From: Chrysomallon squamiferum
Lineage: Eukaryota; Animalia; Mollusca
Length of the DNA: 64,000 nt
NCBI GenBank assembly: GCA_012295275.1
Contig: CM022673.1
Coordinates: 28,706,001-28,770,000, forward strand
Direction: 5' to 3'
This document shows positions 45,641-59,665 of the stretch, piece after piece. Position 1 is the stretch's first letter. Every line of letters starts with the position of its first letter. Below the pieces are notes generated by a model. The model made no database searches. It was not told where the DNA came from and worked only from the letters and a program-made list of their open reading frames with translations. The position numbers and the translations under genes are program-made.

Positions 45641-46989
45641 TATGGTACATATATGTTTTTGTGCAGCAGTTCCTTGAGACATGTAATTTATTTCAAGGTT
45701 GAGAAACGCTGTTCTACGGAGTATTGATTATTATTATTATTTGACACGCCATCTAACACAATGAATTTTTAATATCGTTTATTGATGTTAAATTAACAAT
45801 AACCGGAGCATATAACTGTTTCCTATATAAAGTTCACGATCGTATGAATATTATGCTGTCGTTTTTACTTATCTATTGTGTTGCTTTACACATAACATAG
45901 AAAGTGTCCAAATGGCCCTGACTATGTTTTATCATATTTTTATTTTTATTTTGTTTCATAACAAATAGATTCACGTATCAAAACATGCGTTTTGTTTTGT
46001 TTTGCTTTTATTTTTTCGCATCCCTACCATTATTATTATTATTTTTTAATCATTATTTAATCCTTTATCTGCAACTAAACGTAAGGCCTACGCACGCCTA
46101 CTTATATATAAGCTGTGTATGCAACGTTAAAAACACGCTGTAGTCAACCATTAACTGGTTTCTGTCAAAAAAAAAACACTGATCACGGACCTCATGCAAT
46201 ATGCATGAAATGGTAAATTAATGCCCCCAAGGTCGGGTTTTTCCAGACTCTCCCTCTAAAATATTTATAGATCAGCACCTGAGTTCAAGGCTTCGGTTTC
46301 TAGTGAAATGTTTTACAGTACTGAATATTTCCCAAAGTAAGTTCAAGGTTGCGAGAAAAGCAGTCGACCGTCAGTGTTCAATAGTCCAACGCCACGAAAA
46401 CTAATCCAACGTACTGAACAGTGTAAGTATTTAATATATACATAGATTATCATACAATGCACGTAACAGTGCAGTATTGTTTTATTGCACAACGTTGGGC
46501 ACTGCATTAGACAATAAATTGTTTGTCGTAGTTTCGCGACGTTATTTTGTAACTTGACAATCACCTTAATGTTAGATAATTTTTGTACTGCTACTACTAC
46601 CACTACTACTACTGCTACTACTATAATAATAATAATAATTCATGCTGTTAATTCTATATTTCACTTATTTATTTTTATTTATTTTCAAATGTTATTGCTG
46701 TTGTATAGATGACCTATACACATTTGTTTACCAATACGGTATTTTTAAACATAATGGAGCAGGCGCGAATCCACTGGCATTGGGGGGGGGGTGTTTCACA
46801 ATCACTAAAATATATTTTCGTTTATTGTAAACTGCTGTTCCTAATAATTTACTTTTCATGGGTTATATATTCACTGGTCAACTAAGCCATTTAGAAAAAT
46901 CCAGTTTCCAATTGCAGTGTGCAGTTTACACCCAGGACTATTATAATGTCCATATAAACCTGTTCATAAACTGTAAATATCAATATTAT

Positions 46990-47210
46990 GGTAGGAAGGG
47001 ACATATTTTATTTAACAGTGCATTCAAAACACATTATACACCTGGTTAAAGACACTCATATAACAAGAAAGGAAACTTGATTTTTATCACCACAGGAGCT
47101 ACTGTTTTGTTTATCACAGAGGTTTTATTTAAAACTCTGCAATGATAGTACATACCAAGGCATTTGTCATGTAGTAGATGTGGAGTACTGGTTGGAATGA
47201 GAAATCTCTT
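46990..47210 (-). mobile_element. Degenerate SINE-like interspersed repeat remnant
   Basis: ttttatttaac...ggttaaagac...gatagtacataccaaggc...gtggagtactggttggaatgagaaat resembles a repeat I recall from gastropod genomes; not verified. Confidence 0.4.
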
Positions 47211-47247
47211 CTATCCATATTACTTTTTATTACAAAAAAAAGAAATC

Positions 47248-47313
<66 letters not shown>

Positions 47314-47351
47314 TTATTTTATTTTATTTTATTTTATTTTAAGATTTCAAG

Positions 47352-49617
47352 ATGATTTCCTTCTGCTGGTGCATTTTTGGAGCTTTCATTTGTTACCACT
47401 TAATAAAATGGCTACTCAGTTTTCCAAAAGTGAGTGATTACAACAACAAATATGTTTTGATCACCGGCTGTGACTCAGGATTTGGCCATTTACTTGCCAA
47501 ACGTCTGGACCAGCTAGGATTCAACGTGTTTGCTGCCTGCCTCACTGACAAAGGAGCAGACGACACAAAAAGAGTGCTTCCTCAAGGCTGGTAACTCTGT
47601 CACCTGTTGATGTCACCAGTGAGGAGAGTATTCAAAAAGCTTTTCAAGAAGTGAAGTCAAAACTGCCTGCAGACAAAGGTAATTAACAATAACAACAGGA
47701 ATGATAATAACAATAACAACAACAAAACAACAACAACGATTATAATTAAGATCATTTTATTTGTGACAATAGCTCATTTAGAAAAAGAAAAGAAATTGTC
47801 AGAAAATATTTGAAACAAATAAGTGTACACCAATGAGACATTTTAAAAAAAATAATTGAAAAAATCTGAATATTCCTCCTCTAATCTTTATTTATTTATT
47901 ATAAACAAAGGTAATTAATTCTGCATATCACCTTAATGCCATCTGCGAAGATACCGTGAATGAAAATTAGATTAAATTTGTTATTACATATATATATATA
48001 AATGGTATGGTTAAGACTACCATCTGGGACTTAAATATTTAGAGTTATATGAAGACTTTAATTCCAAAACACAATAAATGCCAAAATTAAAATTTAAAAT
48101 AGATTATAGCATTTTGGAACCAAACTCTTCATATGTAAAGCTATATTCTTAAAACTTTATTGTTATTAGTAAACCCACCAATATTATAACTAGAACAAAA
48201 TAAATGTTGATTTGAGCATTTCATTCTTATTCAACAAATCCACCATATAAGAAAAAAACATTCCAAAGTTAAAGAACATTGCAAATGAAGTAGGGGTATA
48301 GAACATGTAAAACTTTTTTATTAGAATGAATCTGACATTTAACCAATTTATTTTGTTGATTTCTTAAAATTATTTGACATAAAAAAAGAAAAGAAAAAGT
48401 TATTTGAAGGATTTGAACATGTTAATTATTTCACTGATTAACAAAATCCCAAAGCAATTTCATTTACAAATCCACAAATTAATTTTACCAAACCTAAATC
48501 AAATCAATTTTTCAGTTTTTGTTTTAAATATCAGTTTCTTCAAAATTCATTTTCATTTGGAAAATATTTTAAGTCAAAATCATTTCGTAAAACTAAGTCC
48601 AGGAATTTATATTTCTTTCTTCAAGCAGTGTGGATCCTTGCAAACAAAAACAGAAACTGAAACTAAAATCTTTCTTTTTTTTTTCTTTTCTTTTCTTTTG
48701 TTAGGTTTGTGGGCCATTGTTAACAATGCAGGCATTGCTGGGTCACTGGGCTGTATTGAGTGGTTCACTCGCAAAGACTACGACAGCGTGTTCGCAGTCA
48801 ACGTGTTTGGGGTCATTGACGTCACAAAGATATTCCTGCCGCTACTTCGAAAGAGCCGAGGTCGAGTTATCAACACTGCCAGCATCTTTGGGCGCCTAGC
48901 AATGGCACCATGTCCATACACCATTTCCAAATACGGTGTAGAAGCATTCTCAGACTGCTTGAGGTTTGTTTAAATTCTAAATTTATCATTACAACCATCT
49001 TGAAAGTTGTTAGTATAAGTAACAGTACTTGCTGTCCGTGTCAGTAATAGTCATTGTGGTGATAGTAGCAATGGTAAAAGGAATTGTGGTACTGGTAATA
49101 AAGTTACTGTTGGTAGTCATGATAATAATGATGGCAGTGGTAGAGGAAGCAATGGGTGTGGTTGTGGTTTTATAATAGTGGAGGTAGTGGTGGTGGTGGT
49201 GGTGATGATGATGGTAATTTTTGAAGTGTTATTGTTAATAGTGATGATACTGATAGTAGTTGTAGCAATAGCAATCATAAATTTATAAAACAATAAATTA
49301 TAACAATATTCAGCTCCAAATGAGAAATAGTAACAACAGTAGTAAAGTGTTATGAATATTTTAACAATGAGTTGTATTTGTAAATGAAATAATAATATTG
49401 TATAGTGTGTGTGCGTGTGAAAACTATTTATAAGTAAGTATACATTGAAAAATGAAAAAGAACTCATAACAATACAAGCAGTAATTATAAGATCAGATAT
49501 ATTAACTGAAGAGTACAAAAGTAAAGTAATCGATGTTTCCTTGATTTAAAACTCAAATGTTGCTAATTCAAAGTTTTATAGTTTTAAATTCATATACTTT
49601 GTTTTAAAATCATATTT

Positions 49618-49661
<44 letters not shown>

Positions 49662-50303
49662 AACAATGATTATTTTAAATAATTACATGTTTAAAATACT
49701 CAAACATTATGTCCCAAACTACAGAGATGGACTAAAATTCTCTTGTTGGAACTTAATCCTTTCACTTTTATACTTTCCAGATTGTAATTTTCTTACAGAA
49801 AAGAGTACTGATTATTTTAACAACAGTATTATTACTATTAGCAGCCACTGCAAGTTACACATGAGAATATTAAAAACTACGGTTACATTAATTTTGCCGC
49901 TTTCACAATTAGACGAAACGGTAGTAAAGATTATAAAGTTTGTCTGTGTCAGCTGACATAAAAATCTGTTAACTTTCAGACGTGATGTGTATCATCAGGG
50001 AATTTCCGTCCACATCATCGAACCAGGTTATTTCAAAACAAACATACTGAGCAACTTGCACGAAAAATTTAGGTCGAAATTTTCTGAGTGTCCTAAAGAA
50101 GTACAAGAATATTATGGAAGAGAATTTGTAGATAAAGGTTTGTTGTCTCAGTGTATAGCACTGATTGTTATGAGTTTTATGAATTATTGTTGTTTGATAA
50201 TCAAACAGCTGAAGAATTTAGATTTCAGTCATAATCTCTTATCCATTCTTGGTTAAAAAATGTTTCTGGTTCTATGATTTCTAAGACACTGGAATATAAT
50301 CAT

Positions 50304-50342
<39 letters not shown>

Positions 50343-51051
50343 ACTGACTATTTAATGATACCAGATATAAAAATACGCTGGCTGTTTGATATAAACTTGT
50401 AAAATAGAAAATAATTTTTCTAATAATATCAAAATGGTTATAAATGCATTTGAAATACTCATGACTACATTAACCTAATCAGTTTTACTAAACGCAACTT
50501 AAAAAGTATTGAAAATAAAAAGTAAATCTCCACTCACTGTAACAACAGCAAGTAACAAAATGAAATTAGTTCTTTTAAAAACGTTATCCTCATTATTGAA
50601 TGAAAAATGTAATGCTGCTAAGATTATTAAAAGCTATTTGGTTTGGAAAATAATATCTCTTTAAACAGTAATCACATATGAACATTTTAAAACCAAAAGA
50701 AAACCCCTAAATTATCATCATCTTTAAAAGTACAATTGCTTCATAACAATTCAAGATTTTGACAACAGAAAGACTTTCTAAAATTGAATCACACAAAAAT
50801 AATCCTTTTTTCTCTTCTTTTTCTTTTCAGCAAAGGAAAAAATAGATTTTATCATGGACAACATTGCCAGCCCAGATGTGCACAAAGTAGTGAATGCCTA
50901 CGTTCATGCAATAACAGCTAAATTTCCCAAATATCGCTACCTGGTCGGAAACGACGCACATTTCTTTTTCAGGCCGCTGTGGAACCTTCCAGAATGGCTG
51001 ACTGACTGGATTTTAACCTACAACCTGGCAAAACCAGCTGGAGCAGTTTAA
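47352..51051 (+). CDS. Short-chain dehydrogenase/reductase, retinol dehydrogenase / 17-beta-HSD6 (SDR9C)-like; 1-nt frameshift in coding exon 1
   Basis: Exons 47352-47678, 48705-48963, 49980-50137, 50831-51051. Motifs: N-terminal hydrophobic anchor, [25 protein letters not shown], catalytic [21 protein letters not shown]. The frame shifts near the A5 run at ~47567. Confidence 0.92.
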
Positions 51052-51398
51052 TAAAATACCTAAATATTTTATTCTAATTTATGACTTTGTAAATCACTTT
51101 GAGAAATAGTTAGAAATGAGGTAAAATCTCCAAAGAGAAGATGAATGCTACGTTTTAAACATAACACAAGTTTTACATAATTATGTTGTTGCATTTCAGT
51201 ATTCATCTTCACTTTAACTATCTTGGAAAGATTTTAATAAAAAATCACTTTAACTTGTTATTTTTACATAACAACTAGAATTTAAAAGTTAATTGTTTAT
51301 AAACATATAGGATATATATATATATATATATATATATTAACAATATAATATATATATACACTCCATAATATTAATTTGTTTATATTAAAGGACCAAAT

Positions 51399-51431
<33 letters not shown>

Positions 51432-52470
51432 TTCTTTGATATAATTATATTTTAATTTTCAGCTGTAAGTAAACAAATATTCAGAATAAAAATATTTTCT
51501 ACAGTTTTCTCTGCTTGTACTTTGGTGACAAATTATTATTTCAGTCATTATTCTGACATAACGTGAATCGTTCTCACTTCCTCCTCTTTTCTGCTTGCTC
51601 TTAATGCATTTTCTAGACAGGGAATCAGTTTTAATTTTATTTACTGTGTCAATGGATCAAAGACAATAAAATCCACTGCATGTTATTCTGAATCAGGCTC
51701 TGTAAATATCTGCACTTTAAGCTTAATTGACTCAGCCAGTACACAAAATACTGCATCGATAAATAGTTATATTCCACTGTTTTTATATATATATATGAAA
51801 TCTGAACTGTAGGTTTGGATAAGAATAAAGTTGTACTTTGGGGCAAAAAAATAGAAGAAAATAATCACGAGACCATTTGTGCTATGACTCTCAAGATTTA
51901 AATATTTTTTCTGTTTCGTAATAAGTATACTTAACAAAATAATTTCAGTATGAAATGAATACATTTGTTATATAGTGTTGTAGACTTGTTACAAAAATAT
52001 TTATTGTAAAATTTTAAATATATCGAAGATCATAAATGTAATAAAAAAATGTATAAAGCATGAAATTAATAGACAGTTCTCTTCTTCTTATAAAATAATC
52101 CAAGACCAAGTCAAAAAATCTTTCCTTAATTCATTAATAAATGAAGCAAAATCAGTATATAAAAAAAGGAGGGTACAGTATATATATAAACAACAATTGT
52201 ATATCAAAAAGGTTAAATATTAACAACTTATAAATTGGTTAGTATATACATGTACATACATCTATAGATATAGATATTAATCTAATCTAACCTATGAAGA
52301 GGAGAATTTAGTAACAAATTTCTGTATCTTTTCCTAAACTTTTACCGCTAATTACTTGATTAATAATACCTTCCTACTTACAGCCATGAAACCACCATTT
52401 CTTTTTTCTTCTTCATTTTTCTTTTCTGAGAAATTTTCCCCCCATATATATATATAAAAAAAAGAAAGAA

Positions 52471-52871
52471 TCATAACATAATGCTGTCGGATATTAACAG
52501 AACTTTGGTCCCAAGAAAAGTTGTGTCAGTTTTGTCTCGAACGCACACTGCTTCTGTTGATGGAGATCCTATCTGGCAGATCAACACATCTATTTTCCCC
52601 TCCGAGTCGAGCACGATGTTAGCAGCTGTGTTCAGCTTGAGTCGAATTCCCCCAGTGATGTCGTTTTCTGACTGAGACATTGCAATGGTGGGCTGGACAG
52701 TTCCGTCGCTGTTCACGAGTATTTCTGGTAGCAGCTTAGCGCCTGATGATTGCAACAGGATTTATGTTAGTGACACTGAAAAAGCTTGTTGTGTTTTTTT
52801 TTTTGTCTCATTCAAGGTTTCTTTTTTGTTTCTTTTTTCAATTTTCAATTTTTATTTGTTTATAATATTTT

Positions 52872-52928
<57 letters not shown>

Positions 52929-52938
52929 ATTATTATTA

Positions 52939-52979
<41 letters not shown>

Positions 52980-54969
52980 TTCAAAAATATTTAGTCCTAT
53001 AAATATTTGATATAATTATATGTGATATTTAGTAACATAGTGTGCTGTGATTATATTTTGAAAACCAGCAGAAGTTTTAGAATAAAAATATTAGGAATTT
53101 GATGACATCTTGTAGATGTTATCAGAAAAAAACAAAAAATAAAAAGACCACCAAAAAACCAACAAATTTACTCAAAGTTTAAAAAAAAACGATGATTGTA
53201 AGGAATAATCATTTATCAGCAAAAGATGGACATCCTCAAATTCTTCACTTGTTTGTGTTCTTGCAATACATGGAAAATATTTAATATATCTTCATTGTAA
53301 CATACAAATACTAATGACTCTCAAATGGCTGTGATTTTTACCTTCTTCTTGTGGTGGACGATCATAAACTCCTTCAACATCTGTTAGGAAGACAACACGA
53401 CTCACTGAAACTTCTCTGCATAATGTCTGGAATGGGAAAAACAGTGTTCCTGCTGTGTTAAAATTATAACTTAAGACTGAACATTCAAGAACTTTCCAAC
53501 AACTAAATTAATAACTAGAAAGTACAAAACAAATGTTTCACACTATACCTTCATACTGCCAAACATAAGCTTTGAAGACAGAGAATGAACAGTTTAATAG
53601 ATTAACAGCATTTGATATGTTTCAGTGACTTTTTATTTACTTTTTATTTACTTTTTTTAAAATAATGATGTAAGAGCAGAAGTCTGAAAATACATGGGTT
53701 AGTCTTATCTGTCAGCAAAAAGGGGTTGTTCATAATAACCTTCTCAGAGAAAAGAAGACACACATCATGGCCACTGGGTGGGTACAAACCCAGTGAATGC
53801 AGTGAAGAACACTGACCCTTGTGTTTTTTAAATAACACCAATAAAACAGACTAGTTTATCTGCTACACAGAAGAAACTAACTGTTTATAATGTTAAACTA
53901 AAAGTAGAATATTACAAGTAGAATATTACAGGTAGAATATTACAGGTAGAATATTACGAGTAGAATATTACAAGTAGAATATCACAAGTAGAATATCGCA
54001 AGTAGAACTGTACCTGTATAATTGTGTCCCCGCTCAGAATGCTGCAGCCTCTTTTAGAGTCTAGGACGCAGTCACCGTGAATGACTGGGACAAACCCGTC
54101 CCTGAGTAGAGACGCTACACTGGACACCCCATGCTGCTTGACACTGCCATCTTCTGTAAACCACACACCACAGGGCTGAAAATACCAACAACTATTAGCT
54201 CATTTCATCTTGTTATTCCATACACATTAATATTTTATTCATTCGTGTATATATAACGACTAAAACGAAAAATTAAAACTAAAAAAACAAGATTCGATTA
54301 ATATTATTTTGTATGTGGTTAATTTAGTGCAGATAACAGAATTTTTATATATTTAAAAAAAAAAAAAAAAAAAAAAAGACCTTTAAATGGCATTAAAATA
54401 AATTTCTAGTTTAAAAAGAAAAACCCAACTGTTGATTTGATATTCAAGTAAATTAATATCATTCAGGAAAAAGTCAGAAAAATACTTTACTTTACATTTT
54501 AAGTCAGCGAATTTTAAAATTGTTATCACATATAATATTTTAAAGTTTTACAAATTCACAGGATGTAACCTTTACAGCAATGAACAATAATATTGATAAT
54601 TATTCAATTTATCAGATTTAGTCAGTTTTTACATGTCTCATATTTTAGATCAAGTGTGCTCCATAATGAACAACACCACACTATCAGAAACAAATCAGAA
54701 ACACTATCAGAAACAAATCAGAAACACTATCAGAAACAAATCAGAAACACTATCAGAAACAAATTTACGTTGAAATGAAAAATATCTTACTGAACACCCA
54801 ACTGCCGGAACTCCTAAAGACAACAGACTATCCACAATCAACGAATTCAGCTGAAACAAGATTTTAAAATTTGATCCACTATAAACGAATACATTTTATT
54901 ATTTAGTGAGAAAACATAAAATAATAGTTTACAGGATAAAAACATTCAGTAAAACACATTTGCCAGCAA

Positions 54970-55005
<36 letters not shown>

Positions 55006-55938
55006 CTCTCTCTCTCTCTCTCTCAATATATATATATATACACATATATAAATGCATGAACATAATTTTATACAAATAATGTATCATGCAATGTTTAAAT
55101 AATTCGGTTTTGGATTTTAAATGTTGGTCAGTATTTACATACAGGATTTTTATATTTTCAGTACTCAGATTAGATACTCCACCTTTAAGACAGATTTCCG
55201 TGTGACACAAAACCCGTGTTTGACAACAGCAGCTGATTTTTCATCTAAGTGTTTGTATCCTTCATTCACCTTTGTGTCTTTGGCATGCATGTGTCCAAAA
55301 GATCTAAAAATAATAATAATAATAATTATAATAATAACGTTTTTAATATTTTACAATCAGCTATGTAATATTTCTTTAATATTTTATTATGTTAATATTT
55401 ATAATTTTTAATCATTAAATTAAGGAAATATATATATTGGAAAAAATATGCTTATTTATAAATTTAAAAAAAAAAAAGAAATAATAGAAGATAAAGAAAT
55501 AAATCTTTTTTCCAACTGTGAGACATAACCTGTTCAGTCTCCTTTTTTATTTTTTTTGTTTTTGATAATTCTTTTTTATTTAATTTTCATTAAGTAAAAA
55601 AAAAATTAAACAATGGAAACAAAAAGAAATGATACAAAAAATTCAATAAAATATTTATTAATATAAATTAAAGTGATATATCACATTATTTTAATAAATG
55701 ATAGTGAATATAAAGAACATGTTTTATTTTATATTTATAATAATCTGAACAGCTTGTTATTGGACAGTAATCTTCTTTGTTATCTGTTCAGTACATTAAC
55801 AAGATGTATGTCATCATATAACACATTAAAATTTGTCAACAGCATCATTAAAGAAGACATTTCCTTTACAGGTGGATCTATTTGTGTGTGTATATGTATT
55901 ACTGGTGGATGTATTTATGTGTGTGTGTATATGGATGG

Positions 55939-55986
<48 letters not shown>

Positions 55987-56276
55987 ATGTGTGTGTGTAT
56001 GTATCTATGTATGTGTGTATGTATGCATGTTTGTATGTATATGTGTATAAAAGAAGGGATATTATTATTATTATTAAACTGGTGTTTGTTTATTACTCAG
56101 ACTCACCCAGCTCCATGCACCACAATGAAGCGTCTGTGAGCACTGAAACACTCGTTGAGTAAAATGGCTATTTCTGCCAGGTTGTGAGAGTTGAGCATCT
56201 CTGAGTAATCTTTGTGAGTGACAGCACTTCCTCCCAGCTTCACAATCAAGTCAACTTTCACTTCTTCTCCAGCCAT
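52471..56276 (-). CDS. IPK: Isopentenyl phosphate kinase (amino-acid kinase family), 6 exons, ~289 aa
   Basis: Exons 56276-56107, 55303-55183, 54850-54791, 54175-54014, 53426-53342, 52742-52471 with consistent phases. Motifs: IVKLGGSAVT, VVHGAGSFGH, PVIHGDCVLD, ILSGDTII, FLTDVEGVYDRPP, DITGGIRLKL. Confidence 0.9.
53903..54008. repeat. 14-bp tandem repeat (agtagaatattaca), ~7.5 copies
   Basis: Directly visible; begins a few nt into the intron after the IPK exon 4 donor. Confidence 0.9.
54679..54763. repeat. 23-bp tandem repeat (acactatcagaaacaaatcagaa), ~3.7 copies
   Basis: Directly visible in IPK intron 3. Confidence 0.9.
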
Positions 56277-57354
56277 TACACAGCTGTTACAAATATTCTC
56301 TGAGATTCACAGGAGTCAAAAGATAATTGCCTAGAGAACAAATTAAAAATATAATAATAAAATTAAAAACAAAGAATTTATATAAATAAATTTAAAAAAT
56401 AGACTAAATTAAAAAATTTGCACTAATATGGAAAAATTTTAATAAAGATAAAATGTATAATATTTATCTTTTTTTTTTTTAATTATGAAATTCTTTTCTA
56501 TTTTATTTATTTCTCCCTAAATAAATAACATTTGGCTGGAAATATTCTACAGCTGACTGAGGCTCAATTGTCTTCATTATCCCTACACTGCAAAGTTTCT
56601 TTATTAATACACTGTTCCACTGAAGGGTAACAAACGTTGCGGTATATGCTTTCACATCTTTGAAACGATGCACACAACAGATTTTTGTTGTTAATGAAAA
56701 CGTGCTTCGTTTCGTGTATCATCATCACATCATAAAAAACAGAGAAGAAACCAAACACCTGTGTGAGTTCCCAGGTAGAGTTACTCTTAAATTTAAATGT
56801 TCCAAAGCAATATAAAATATTTCTTTTATTCATTCACTATTCATACCCTGTACTTCACAAGTTTGACAATTCAGAACAAAGAGCTGATAAAGTATAAAAG
56901 GTAAAAAAACAAAAACATTCACAATCAGCCTGACATTCATATTTTGTCCGTACATTAGGTTTTTTGTTACCCTACCTTAAACTTACTGTTATCATAAAGT
57001 ACACATAACCACAACAGTTGTTAAGGGTTCATTTTATTTCCCCCTTTTATTTTCTTTTTCTTTTTTTAATCAAATACAGGCACGATATGGAGAAGGAAAA
57101 AAAAATAAAGATATCTGTTTTCTATTATCTCTATTGTAATGAATAAATAACAGGTGAAAATTGTGTTCCAGTTGACCAGCTCTTTACAAGCCATGACAAA
57201 AAACTGACAATGAAGGCTTGATGGAAAGATTATCGAAACAAAATGTAATTTACTGTAAAACATCTAATATTTACATTTTGTATTTAAAGGACAAATGCTG
57301 TAGATTATTTTAAAAATTAAAATTATGTTTGAAATATTTTTAATTTGTCTGTGT

Positions 57355-57407
<53 letters not shown>

Positions 57408-58420
57408 AAAATTTTAGTTCAGTGAAGTAAAAATTAAAAAAGAAAATGAATGGCTGAAAAATTATAATCTATGGTAACATATTTTTCGTAAAATTTTGCA
57501 TCAGTGTGTATTTTATTCTAATCTAAATGTTATTATACTCTCTCTGGCATGCACCTTATCATATCGATATCATTACGATTATGGAACTGAAATAAAATGA
57601 AATTTATTGGTAAAATAATAAATATGATACTGATAAATAAATAACAAATAAGATGTTTTGTAAAACCATTGAGGGCATCAGATAATTCATTAATTGTAGA
57701 TAAACGTACACTGACCTACACTTATTTCCAATGTGGTCTTCTTACGGTACATTGTCATTATTATGATATTATCAGTTTCAGTTTAAGTGTATCTGTATGA
57801 TGTATCGTAGTGTGGGCTGTCATGTTTATCATTAACGGTATTTACTAACTAAAGGCGAGTAGATTAAAAAAAGCAAGGTCCATTTATTCAAAGATTCGAA
57901 GGTTATGAATTTATGAACTAAGAGTTGATGAATATTATCAAAGCTAAAAAAAGGCGGCGAAAGTATTATTACTTAAAGAGATTCTCAGATTGTGTTTTTT
58001 ATGAAATGAATTTAAAAAAAAAAAAAAATCATAAAATCATAATCAAAAGGTTGAAAAAATTATGAACAAAAACCAGTAATTTATTATTGAATCGGTTTAG
58101 GAATAAAATAAAATAAAACAGAGATACCGTTTATATAATAAATAAATAAAAATTCTTACTTACACTTCGCGGTTCTTCCTCGTTCACTTAGGAAAGCATT
58201 CAGAGTTATCTCCCTTGGAAAAAGAAGAAACGTTACTTATCTCTGATATTGATCTCAGTATCCATTTTTGTTTTGTTCTATTTTGTTTTTTTTTTTTTTA
58301 CCTTGTAACAGAGTAAAGTTTGTTGTTTTGTTGGCAGGTTTTGTTTCTAAAATATTTTTGTGTAGCAACTTTTTTTAGTGATGTTTAAAATGGATAAATC
58401 TACATTGGGTAGGAGTTGTT

Positions 58421-58473
<53 letters not shown>

Positions 58474-58630
58474 TTATTATTGTATTTTGTATGTGTGTGT
58501 ATATATATATATATATAAATTGGTACATACTTTTAAAAGCCTCTACTTATTATCTTCTAAAAAGTGGAGAAAAACGTAAATAATAATAATTATTATTATT
58601 ATTTTAATCTTAATATTTTGTAATATTATT

Positions 58631-58670
<40 letters not shown>

Positions 58671-59029
58671 TGTTTGCCATGTGAGGCCTACTTTACATTG
58701 TCCAGTAATATGTGCGTCTATATATATTATTGGGTTACAACCTAAAGATATAGTTATTGCCTAAACAATTTAAACAATTCGAAGTTCGTCACCGACTGCT
58801 CGCTAGTTAAGTAATATGTAAAATAATTTAAATATCATCTTCTAGGACCCTGCCACTAGTACGTTGAATTTAATTTAATTTTTATTTATATATCAGATGA
58901 CTTGTCAACCTGCTACAAAGAGTCGGAGATTCGATAAATAAATGCATGGTTCTAGATAGGAAATTAATTTTCGAAATTGCCATTTTATCAAACTTGAGAT
59001 CAGCGTGGAACTGAGTTACTCTTGTTGTC

Positions 59030-59091
<62 letters not shown>

Positions 59092-59665
59092 CGCTTTCCG
59101 GGATCTTGCTGGCGTGTTTCTCCAAGCCTTCTTTATTAGTCACTGATTACAATTGACACTTCTGCTGTTCTCATCTGTTGACCTCTGTTCTAGCTCTTTG
59201 TGCTTAGACCTCTTCTCCAGTTCCTTGATGGACGATCTTTATGATGGTACGATCGCATATATCAGCAGACGTCTGTCTGTTCTTGTTCCTGACAAGGATA
59301 TGGGCCGACCAGTTAGCGTTGATCTCTTTATCGACGTGCACCTGCATGTCCCTCGACACAGTCACTACTCTTGTCTGTCGCAGCGTTTAGCTGACGTTTG
59401 TCTCATGTCGGCGAAGCTGGGAGACTGTTGTGCTGGCAGATCTTCTTCCAGTGCATGTATGCTTCTGTCTTGTCGTAGGATGTTGTACTCGTTTTTCGCA
59501 AGCGCGGGTCGTTCACATGTGATGTGGTTGATTGTCTCCCCTAACTCATTCCACATTTTGCACTTTGGGTTGATACCAGCCTTTATTATTCTGTCATGGT
59601 AAGATATTGTTGCCAGGCTCTCTCGTTTTATAATGCAGTATCAAGCCCTCTGTCTCTGCCTAATC
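59092..59665 (-). mobile_element. Decayed 3' fragment of an RLE-type non-LTR retrotransposon (R4/Dong-like) abutting (TAA)n
   Basis: Minus-strand remnants AETEGLI; NPKCKMWNELGETINHITCERPALAKNEY (degenerate zinc knuckle); DKEINAN; IKELEKRSKHKELE (RLE tail). The 3' end runs into the (TAA)n tract at ~59031-59091. Confidence 0.75.

Noticed and set aside
59153-59602. 149-aa plus-strand ORF
   Set aside because: Antisense to the decayed LINE remnant
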